Source: Macrostomum lignano (lineage: Eukaryota). Taken from it: 64,000 nucleotides of DNA. The position numbers and the translations under genes were made by a program. The stretch spans positions 264,709-328,708 of the forward strand of contig NIVC01000550.1 in assembly GCA_002269645.1 (NCBI GenBank), read 5' to 3'. Shown here piece by piece: positions 23,048 through 33,407 of this stretch (position 1 is its first letter; each line of letters starts with the position of its first letter). The notes under the pieces were generated by a model. The model saw only the letters and a program-made list of their open reading frames with translations. It ran no database searches and had not been told where the DNA came from.

Positions 23048-23177
23048 TTCAGTAATAGCCACTTCAATAACAAACCATTACCAATTTGGTAATAGCCATT
23101 TCAGTAATAGCCACTTCAATAACAAACCATTACCAATTTGGTAATAGCCATTTCAGTAATAGCCACTTCAATAACAA
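23048..23177. repeat. 52-bp tandem repeat (~2.4 copies)
   Basis: AATAGCCACTTCAATAAC at 23054, 23106 and 23158. Confidence 0.9.
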
Positions 23178-24859
23178 GTGAAAAATAGCAGTTTGTATTA
23201 ATTGATTTGCTTTAAAAGAATATGCAAATGAATAAAATTTCTAGGTGCACCACATGCACCAAAGACATCCTTTAATTGACCAAATATTATGTACATTAGA
23301 ATCTCTAAGTTAGCAGCTTGAAATTACAGAATTGACTTTTTTCTTTATAAATTGCTTTATAAAATTTTAATTTTTTAATATGTTGATATGCACTTGTTTA
23401 ATACTCTTTGCCTTCAAATTTTTCACAAAGTTTTTGCAAGTTTTAACAAATTTGAATATAGTTTAGTTAGAAAATTAAACTATATATGACAATAAATATT
23501 AAAAATGTTAATTAGGCCTATCAAACTAATTTATTGCTAAAGTTAACTACCATAAAGATATAATGTTCAGTTGTAAATCTGCTTTGTTGCTAAAGTGGCA
23601 GTTACCAAAGTGGATATTACTGAAATGGATTATATTCTAAAAGACTTATTTTTAAAAACACTAATAAACAATATAAGATATAATTTTTTTAAACTAAGAA
23701 AAAAAATGGTCCTATGTCAATGATATATTCTTAACATTGACATAGTACCATTTATACTAAATATATATATATTTGTAGCTTCCCAAATTAACATCGTCAT
23801 AAGCTTTGATAAAAATGTAGCTTAGTAACTTTTATAAAGCCAAAAGGTTATTTTATCTTAAAATCTATTTTACTTTAATTCTTTTAAATATTTTTTATTG
23901 CCTTATGGTTTATTTTCTTTTTTAAACTTCTTTATTTTCTTTTTCCTTGCTTGCTTCCTTTCTACATGTATTGTGACTTGTTATATTGTTTTTATAGGCC
24001 TACTTCTGGAAAGGTTAGGCCATTTTTTCTGAAATCAATCATATACAGACATACCAACAAATTTGTACAAAGCATTCTAGTATATGTAGACTTTGACTAG
24101 TATCCATGCTTTTTGGTGCCTGTGCTTTTTGGTGCCTAGCATTTTGGTGCCCTAGTTTGCTTTTTGATGCCTAGATTATAAAATAAAATTGGATGTATAA
24201 AAATATAGATAGTGAGCTCTAATTTAGCAATAAGTACTTTGCAGTATTTCATTACTTGAAAAAGTAAGGTATTTTTATTATTAATTTTGTTAGGCTGACT
24301 AGCTGTTTTAATTTTTAAAAAAATGTCTTTCATTTTATATAAATTTTTGTCTCACTTCAACTTCTCAAGAAAAAACATGATTGCATAACTTAAGAAATCA
24401 ATATATTAAAACTGTCAATACTAAAATAGATTTGAATTAAATGACGTGCAACACAATTGAAACGTGCATTGCAGGCTGCTGCATAGTGCGTACTTAACAA
24501 ACATACATGTAAGCTTACATGAATAGTACGAGCTACATATACATCACCTAGCTCTAAGAAGCGACATTTTAAGTGTTGGAAGATGTGTCGGCAGAATTTA
24601 ACCATACGACACTTAATTTTCTAACACTTTTTGCAGCATTAATTTAGGTGTTGGAAAATATATGTCAGCGAATGTCAACAGTTGCGACACTTTTTTTTGA
24701 CACTTTTTGCGACATTTTAAGTGTTGGAAGATCTGTCTGAAAATGTGTTGGTGAAAGTTAAAGCTGTTACGACACTTTTTCCGACACTTTTTGCGACATT
24801 TTAACTGTCGGAAAAAAGTGTCGGAAGATCTGTCTGAAAATGTGTTGGCGAAAGTTGTA

Positions 24860-25380
24860 CAGGTCGCACAACAAAGGCTTAGCAGAAGTTTTTAGTGCAC
24901 ATTGGCGCACAGCAAAACCTGATCAGAAAAATTTAGCTCACAATGAGTCACTTAAATGTATAATCTGCATATGCAGTGCATAAAATATGCTTTAAGATTA
25001 CGTTTTTTCCAAGCATATCAATAAAAAAATTGTTTCTTGGTAAGTGAAACGAATAATAAAATTTAAAATGGAATTTTACCATAAAGATAAAGCTATTTCT
25101 TTTGAAAATTTTCTAGGTGAGCTAAAATAAAACAAAAGTTTTGAGTTGAAAAAAAGCCTATATAAGGTACAAAAATTTAACCATGTTTTTAGATTTGTTT
25201 TAATTGGACTTTTACTGAGTTTTTAGTGCTACAGCATATTAGTACTCTAGCTATATATTTGTCAATAAACGAATGTAGACCTTGGCGCACAAATTCATAT
25301 TTTAGCTTTGCGCACAGTGCACACTCCAAAAATATGCTGAAATATATTCCTGCGCACACATGACACCTTCCTGAGTATGG
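24860..25380. mobile_element. Partial inverted copy of the 48348-48945 element
   Basis: Reverse-complement similarity to about 48350-48870; ends CACCTTCCTGAGTATGG. Confidence 0.75.
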
Positions 25381-25453
25381 CTTTTTTAGTATTTAGGCAT
25401 CATAAACTGAGGCACCAAAAAGTAAACTGGGGCACCAAAATGCTAGGTACCAA

Positions 25454-26117
25454 CCATAGTCAGGAAGGTGGCAGAGTGTGCGCCGGAACAAATTTTGGCC
25501 TCTCCCAAAATTGTGCGCCGTGCGCCGACACAAAAACCCTCGTGTGCGCCGTTGTGCGCCCGCCACTACCTGCCTTGCGACAATAAAAGACCTTTTTTTA
25601 CAACATAGCAACAATTTTTGTGCGCCAATATACGGGACGGTTACGGGCTATCTATATTATATTATGAGAAATTGAGATCGTTAAACCGAAAATAGAAATT
25701 TAAAAAATTTTTAATTTAATTTCTAATTTTTAAAACAAAACAAACATAAAAAGTAAGCAAATGGCAAAAACAAAGGTAAAAAAGAAAAGGAAAATATTTT
25801 TTTTTATTTTTTATTTTTTGGTAGAATGCAGTGTTACATTAGATAGAACAGTGAATAGTGTACTGTAACAAGTAACGACTTACATCGTTACATGGGATCG
25901 CCACAAGGGTAACGCTGCATGTGGCGCGGCGCCCGCCGCGCCGCGCCGCCATGCGCCGGTGTCCTCTGGTGTGCGCCGTTGTGCGCCGCTGTGCGCCAGT
26001 GCGCCGCTGTGCGCTGTTGTGGCGCGCCGCTGTGCGCCGTTGTGCGCCGTTGTGTGCCCAAAAAGGGCTTGTGTGCGCCGGAATTTTCCGACCAAACTGC
26101 CACCTTCCTGACTATGG
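25454..26117. mobile_element. Non-autonomous TIR element, 664 bp, exact 8-bp TSD (hAT- or P-like)
   Basis: TIR CCATAGTCAGGAAGGTGGCAG; TSD GGTACCAA at 25446-25453 and 26118-26125; 10-bp GTGCGCCGTT subterminal arrays. Confidence 0.88.
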
Positions 26118-28072
26118 GGTACCAAAAAGCATAGGCACTGAAAACCATGAAAACCCATGGCAGGGGCAGACCAAGGGGGGGGGGGGCCAAGGGGGCAATG
26201 CCCCCCCTCAGCTCTGCCAAAAAATCCTTAGATGTAGGCTTATTGGTATCATGCTGTATTGGTATCATGGTACCATAGGCCTAATTGTAGCTCTGGCCTG
26301 ACCAGACGTGAGGCTTGCCCCCTCCCCCTCGATAAAATCCTGGGTTCACCCCTAACCCTTGGACTAGGGGCCTAGTAGCTAGATTTATAGAGCAAAAAAA
26401 TAAATAAATGGAACTTACAAAATTACTCTATTGTTGTCATATCGTGGCATGGTGCCATTGAATATCCAAACCAAAGCTTTCATTTGTATAATTATAAGTA
26501 GGAACAAAGTAGGCTAGGCCCTAGTAGTCATTGAAAAAAATAATGTTTGTAGTTGTCTCTTTTGCTGCAGCAACAGAATATACACTTAGAACAAATAGAT
26601 TCTGTATAAGAATTGCATGTCAAAATCTCAATTGATCTCAATCTCAATCTCAATCTCAATAGGTGTAATCAATAATCAAACCCTTAATTGGCCTAATGCT
26701 GTCCAATAAAATATAAAATATACAACAAATTTCAGCCTAGCGGAGCGTGGGTCTAGATTTTGGCGCTGCTCTGAGCCGAACGCCAGTGAAAGAACTGAGA
26801 CTAAGCACTGAGCAGTTAATTGAATAAAATTAAGCCTATGCGGCTACGCCAACCAACGCAATAATTTAAAGCGCATACATTACTGCATTTATTAAATTAA
26901 CAAGCTAATTTATCCACAGAACGCTTAGATATATAGATAGAACTGCTATTTTATCCAACTGATTAAGTGATGCTTCAGATTCTACCGTCAGTCTGACACG
27001 AGCTCAGGCACGTGTCTCCAAGTTTCACAGAAAAAAAGCCGTAAAATATCTGCAAGTCAACCAAAGCTATAAGTTCTATAAAACTAACCGTCAGAGCCGT
27101 AGAGAGTTTAACTATAAATAAATAACGAAATTTTTTTTTCTGTCTATTATTTCAAATTATTAAGACGATATATTAAATTTTTGTTATAATGCGGTTTAGA
27201 AACGATCATCTGCGAGCATGTAAAATTACGAGAGTATAAAAGTTAACATGTATTTAAATGTTTACATGTAACAGGAAGTGCAGTATGCACAGAATGACAA
27301 TTTCTTAGTCAGGACGGGCTCAAATATGTGTAGCGCAAACTGATCGATGCAGATCCTCAAAGCAAATCATGAATTGCCAAACACAGCAGCAATGCAAAGA
27401 CGCAAAGTGTCATTAAGAAAGAAAACACGAGGACGAGAAGATCGAATAATATTAAACTTCCAAAAAACGACTATCAGCATAGTTTATACTCTGACTATGT
27501 TCAGTTGTTTTAGAATTCACAAGCAGCTAATGTAAAAATATAGAACTAGAAGTTTGACACATTGCAGCTTTTGTTCTATCTCTACATATAAAAATCAAAA
27601 CTCTGTCTGTGTGTCTGTGTGTCTGTCTGTCTGTGGACAATCTATTATATATGGTGGCCTTGAATTACCACTTGAGGCCCAGGTCCATACTTTTGTCCAT
27701 GCTTCTGTGATGCTCTTGGATATCTAGAACTGAGATGTCCAGGTCAGCCACCAACCAGGTCAGCTCTTGTAGCTTTTTCACAGGTGACTGAGGGGACAGA
27801 CCAGCTAATTCGAATGGTTCCTAAACTTGATTTTTATGTTTAGAATGGCAGCTAGGGTTGTCCGGATATACATGCACCATTATACTCGTATTTGTACATG
27901 ATCTTAAACACTGGAACCACTCTTTTACTTAACAAAATTTTTAAAAGAATTTTTGTGCATTTATACAAGCATTTTTGCTTGTTTTCGCTATTCACTTTTC
28001 CATTTAATTTTCCTTGTTCTTTATACTGTTTCATCACTTTTGCAATGCTGTTCGACAGACAATAAAATTTGC

Positions 28073-28320
28073 TCAATTTAGTTTATCATACCTCCTAGCC
28101 TCAATTTTGTGGCGGACAGACTGCTGTTTTATACATTTGAGTTCAGCTATAAGCAAGTAAACTCGACACAAGTCTGCTTGCTTGCTAAATTCTACTGCCA
28201 CTACTAGTTCATATTCTAATGCAAGCTCATCAATATCGAGAAATGATCGCAACACCCAGACAGACATTGAGATTAATTTCAACACTAACAATACATTATA
28301 GCTAAGATGTGGCACTCGCA
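28073..28320 (-). pseudogene. Possible decayed hAT transposase C-terminal (dimerisation) fragment
   Basis: LDIDELALEYEL...DLCRVYLLIAELKCIKQQSVRHKIEARRYDKL loosely recalls the LK.IK..LR..M...RL block; the conserved ERSFS motif is absent. Confidence 0.25.
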
Positions 28321-28522
28321 GATTTGCAGATTTATTATTTATGTAACAACACAAATGCCTTGACTCGAAAGGTTTTTCAACTGCAAACAATAACGGGATG
28401 TGATTTGAGAAAATGCCATGATTAAACAATCAAAGGGGCTGCTACTTGGCATAGTGATTGTTGGGGCCCCAACTGGCTTCTGCTGTATCAAAATTACTGA
28501 AATCAGCAGTCAGCTGGGAGAC

Positions 28523-28700
28523 AGACACGGTACCGCTTGTACAAGACACGGTACCGCTTGTACAAGACATGGTACCGCCTGTACAAGACATGGTACCGCC
28601 TGTACAAGACACGGTATCGCTTGTACAAGACACGGTACCGCCTGTACAAGACACGGTACCGCTTGTACAAGACACGGTACCGCTTGTACAAGACACGATA
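28523..28700. repeat. 21-bp minisatellite (~8.5 units) just downstream of the EXOSC8 stop
   Basis: Unit AGACACGGTACCGCTTGTACA; period 21. Confidence 0.95.
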
Positions 28701-28777
28701 CCTTTAGTGGTCAAGTATTCAGAGCGTGTCAGGCATTGCTAAGCAGAGTCAGTCAAACGCGCATAGGAATCGGCCAG

Positions 28778-31747
28778 TCACCGAGCCAGCGGCCCTGCCA
28801 AGCAGGCCGCGTGCCTCTCAACGGCTTCCCGGCAGCAGCGGCCGACCAGCTCGCTGGCCGCTTCGCCCACCATCTGGACGCTGACAACGCGAACCGGCAA
28901 GTCGCCACCGCCGGCAGTAAAAACTCGGACAATGGCGGCGCCAGGCAGCGCCTCCTCCCGGCCGTCCGGCACCGACAACAGCTGATCGTTGTCAATGGCA
29001 ACAAAGCTGGTACAAATGACGGCGCTTCCAGGGCGCAGCACGGCCGGGCGGAATTGCTCGCCGCTGGGGCAGCGCCTCACACCGACGTCAGCTGCTGCTG
29101 TTGAACGAACCGAAGGTCCGGAGTTCGAGTCATCGTGACCGGCATCGGCGGGGACTACGAGGCGCGGCAGGCAAAGGTTGGCCAGGGCGGCGCTGACGGC
29201 CAGGAGGCAGGCGTCTGGCAGGGAGCCGTCGGCGCTGAGGCAGACGGCGTCAACGTGCAGCTGCAGGCGGTGCCGCGGTCCCACGGTCAGCTGGGCGGCG
29301 TCCAGACAACCGGACTGGGCAAGAGCGTCTGACACCTGCAGGAAAGGAATTACAAATAATATAATTGCACTGTATTGTACGTATAACTGGGAATCATAAG
29401 TGCAACTTTGATCGATTTGTTTGTTTGATTTTCAATTACAGGGTACGGTGCGCTGCCGCAAAGCAGTCAGTCATGCCATTGCGCTGCCCCATAAGCACTT
29501 GAGGTACTTTGGCGCCAGAATCGATCGCGTTACCGCTGAACTGCTCAGCCTTAGCATGAATCGCGGATGTCTAATCTGCTATTCGGAAGTCAAAACGGAA
29601 GCACGATGGGTTGTTTTCCCAAGTTCAAAACTTCACACTGTCTAAGGCAACAGCACACTTCACCAGCTCAGACAACAACAACAAAATACGCGACCCTGCA
29701 AGCAGAGGTCACAGTTAAAGCAGGGGGCGTCAGATGGCGCGCCGCAGAGCCTGGGAGCGAACAAAGTCCGCTCCGTTGGCAGTGTCGAGCGCCCCAGCGC
29801 CGCACAGCAGGCAGTCCACGTATCGACGGGTCGGGCCTGACCCCGCCTGAACGGACCCTGCAAGGTGAGCAGCAGGACGTCCTGAACAGGTTGGGGGCAG
29901 TAGCCCTCGGCCCGGATCACGTGGCCCGCCAGTTGAAGTCGCCGCCGGCGCAGGATGGTGGACGGGCGCTGCAGCTTGGCCCGATCGTACAGGGCCTCGG
30001 TCCCGACGCTCTCGTCAGCTCGAAAGGCTGCACGGAGCAGCGCTGAATGCGCCGAGTCCAGTTGCCGCTCTAGCGTAGCCGTCAGCGTCCACGTCTCGTC
30101 CACGGACGGTTTCGACCACAGCCGAGCCCTTTGGCGGTCGGGCAGTGCTTCGGACTGGAGGACGACTCGGATCGAACAAAAGGCCGCCCAGGCAAGTCCT
30201 CTGCGCCGCCGGAGGTCCTCTTCCACGTGGGGCACCAGACCGCCGAGGTAGGTGAACCGCTGGCAGCGTGCGAGCCTGGTCGTCTGCCCGTCTGCGCCGC
30301 GGCACGTCAGGTCCGATGGGATGTCGGCCGGCACAGTCAGCACCTCGGTCTTCAGCGTGTTGACAATCAGACCAACGCTGCGATGCCACCTCGACCAGCC
30401 TGTCAATCTGGTACTGGGCGCCTAAAACGGACGAGGACAGGAGGGCGAGGTCGTCGGCGTAGCCAAGCACGCTTAGGCGCTTTTCGCCGTGGCGGCGACC
30501 GATGCGTCTGCGCAGCAGGAAGCGGTCATTAGCAGAGGGGAGTGCGGTCCGAAGCACCCAGTCTAGCAGCAGCACTAAGAGGAACGGCGCTAGCGTGTCG
30601 CCCTGCAGAACTCCTGATGAAGTATCGAACAGGTCAGACAGGCCGTCCGCCGTCACCACAGCAGCTCGAGTATCGCGATACAGCGACATGATACTTGTAG
30701 CGTCGATTAGCTGCTGCGGGACTCGGTAGGCTCGAAGGACGAAGGGGAGCGCGGCTCTCAGCACCGAGTCAAACGTCTTTCAAAAGTCAACAAAGACAAT
30801 GATCAGCGTAGACTGGCGGATGCGCGTCTCCTCGATGACCCGGCAGAGTGCGAGGATCTGTGTCACTGTACCGCGTTGCGGCCGGAATCCATTCTGCTCG
30901 TACCGCAGGTACGGGTCTAGCATCGACTGCAGACGATCGAGCAGCAGCCGGTTGAAGAGCTTCGCGGTGCAGGACATCAGCGAGATCCCGCGGTGGTCTT
31001 CTTTCCGCGTTGTCCCTGCCTTCTTCGGTATCGGCACGATGTGCGCGACGGTAAACTCGGTGGGCGCAGGAGCGCCATCGAGCACGCGGTTCATGACGCC
31101 TGTGACCTGGGAGGCCACACAGCAGAGCCGCAACGCTTCGACCGGGACTTCGTCGGGGCTGAGCGCCTTGTCACCTGATGATTGCCGAGCAAACAGCACA
31201 ACAGAACTTCACCAGCTCAGAACCTTACATCACAAGCTCTTAATGCCCCATCGGAAAAATATTAGCGCTCTTATCTGTTTCGAGCCTGTAAAATATTCGC
31301 TCCGGCCCAGCCGCAGCCAGAATGCCTTCAGAACACAGAAAACAGCTCAAAGCTAGAAATTCGCACCTGAACGGTGAGCGCCTGCGCCAAGTCGCTGGGC
31401 GGCCCGGGCCGGAACGCTCTCGAACAGACGGGCGGCAGGTCGGCATTTAACACGACGCCCGCCGCCAGCAGCGGATGGCAGCCCGCGGCGGCGGCGGCGG
31501 CTCCGGCAGCCGAGAGCTCCACAACGCTGGCCGACACTCCGCAGGCGAATTTCGTGTTGCCGAGCACCGAAATCGCGCTGCCAGCCGCGCCGCCCAGGCA
31601 ACCGGGGGTCACGTGACCGACACGGCTGGACGGAGAGGCCGCGGTGGCTGCCAGCCGCAGCCTGTTGGCCAGCAGCGCCTTGGCAAACTCGGCGGGGGCG
31701 GCCAGATTCCAGTCTGCCGCATCGTCAGTCAGCATCGGCTGCGACAT
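28778..31747 (-). CDS. EXOSC8: Exosome complex component RRP43 (RNase PH fold); exons 31747-31367 and 29335-28778
   Basis: GSAISVLGNTKFACGV and NADLPPVCSRAFRPGPPSDLAQ match the EXOSC8 N-half; LHVDAVCLSADGSLPDACLLAVSAALANLCLP matches the C-half; phase-0 GT-AG intron 31366-29336. Confidence 0.88.
29672..31200 (-). mobile_element. Degraded 5'-truncated RTE-like LINE in the EXOSC8 intron (same family as 38730-41351)
   Basis: QNGFRPQRGT, IIVFVDF, GVLQGDTLAPFL and LGYADDL across frameshifts; (TTG)n tail at 29672-29684 on the minus strand. Confidence 0.92.
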
Positions 31748-31857
31748 GCCGGGTTTGGAAGCTGGAATGCATCCAGATGGAGCTTTGAGCCGCTAAGGTT
31801 GTCTGAGAACTTTCGAACCTCGCACTGTCGTTAAAAGAATTTGACACAAAACTCAAT

Positions 31858-32140
31858 AGATTAGAAAATCGCCCCATACCGATTAAAAAATCGCCCCATT
31901 GCGATTAAAAATCGCCCCATAGCGATTAGAAAATCGCCCCTACCGATTAGAAAATCGCCCCTACCGATTAGAAAATCGCCTCATACCGATTAGAAAATCG
32001 CCTCATACCGATTAGGAAATCGCCCCATGCCGATTAGAAAATCGCCTTATAGCGATTAGAAAATCGCCTTATAGCGATTAGAAAATCGCCCCATACCGAT
32101 TAGAAAATCGCCCCATACCGATTAGAAAATCGCCCCGTAG
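31858..32140. repeat. 22-bp minisatellite (~13 units) with internal palindrome, upstream of EXOSC8
   Basis: Unit CGATTAGAAAATCGCCCCATAC; CGATT/AATCG inverted within each unit. Confidence 0.95.
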
Positions 32141-32621
32141 CGACAAAGAAGTTACTAGAATAATTTAGAATGCAAAGACTTAGCGAAATGGAATGAAACT
32201 CAGTGAATAAAAAAATTGGTGAATATATAGGTAAATATAATATATTTATAAAATGAGCATATAATTAAATAAAAATATAGTGAGACACTGCAAAACCGCA
32301 GACACACAGGGCTCTCACAGCACGCATGTACAGTATGTATGCAGCAGAATGGAATGATTTCACAATGCAAAATTATCAATAGCAAAACAGGTCAAGAAGC
32401 CGCAGGACAAACCAGATTAAAATACAGTAGCACAATTTCAAAAAAGATTTTGTTAAAACTGGCATGAAAAATTGTCATGCTTGAGACTCCTCTCAGCCAA
32501 ATAAAAATTATTGGAAGGATTTGAAGGTAAATTCTTGATAAAATAACTAATACGCAGAGTCTGCAATAAAACATTAGCAGCGCACTGGAAGCCCGAAACC
32601 AGATGAAATTTGCCATCCCGT

Positions 32622-33407
32622 GCAGAAAAGTCAGCAGTCGGTCACTCAGACAGCAGCAGACGGTCACTCAGACAGTCAGCAGTCGGTCACTCAGACAGCA
32701 GCAGACGGTCACTCAGACAGTCAGCAGTCGGTCACTCAGACAGTCAGCAGTCGGTCACTCAGTCAGCAGTCGGTAACTCAAACAGTCAGCAGTCGGTCAC
32801 TCGGGCAGCAGCAGTCGGTCACTCAGACAGTCAGCAGTCGGTCACTCGGGCAGCAGCATTCGGTCACTCAGACAGTCAGCAGTCGGTAACTCAGACAGTC
32901 AGCAGTCGGTAACTCAGACAGTCAGCAGTCGGTCAATCAGACAGTCAGCAGTCGGTCACTCAGTCAGCAGTCGGTCACTCAGTCAGCAGTCGGTCACTCA
33001 AACAGTCAGCAGTCGGTCACTCAGACAGTCAGCAGTCGGTCACTCAGACAGTCAGCAGTCGGTCACTCAGACAGTCAGCAGTCGGTCACTCAAACAGTCA
33101 GCAGTCGGTCACTCGGGCAGCAGCAGTCGGTAACTCAGACAGTCAGCAGTCGGTCACTCGGGCAGCAGCAGTCGGTCACTCAGACAGTCAGCAGTCGGTA
33201 ACTCAGACAGTCAGCAGTCGGTAACTCAGACAGTCAGCAGTCGGTCACTCAGACAGTCAGCAGTCGGTCACTCGGGCAGCAGCAGTCGGTCACTCAGACA
33301 GTCAGCAGTCGGTAACTCAGACAGTCAGCAGTTTGGTCACTCAGACAGTCAGCAGTCGGTCACTCAGACAGTCAGCAGTCGGTCACTCGGGCAGCAGCAT
33401 TCGGTCA
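32622..33407. repeat. 23-bp minisatellite (~35 units with variants) overlapping the Clock stop codon
   Basis: Unit CAGTCAGCAGTCGGTCACTCAGA; variant CTCGGGCAGCAGCA(G/T)TCGGTCA. Confidence 0.95.

Noticed and set aside
25880-26301. Ala/Arg/Cys-rich ORFs
   Set aside because: They are translations of the 10-bp GTGCGCCGTT subterminal array.
28418-29104. 228-aa plus-strand ORF with HGTACTR repeats, and overlapping ORFs
   Set aside because: It consists of the 21-bp minisatellite plus the antisense of EXOSC8 exon 2.
32610-32912. Ser/Gln-rich ORFs
   Set aside because: They are translations of the 23-bp minisatellite.
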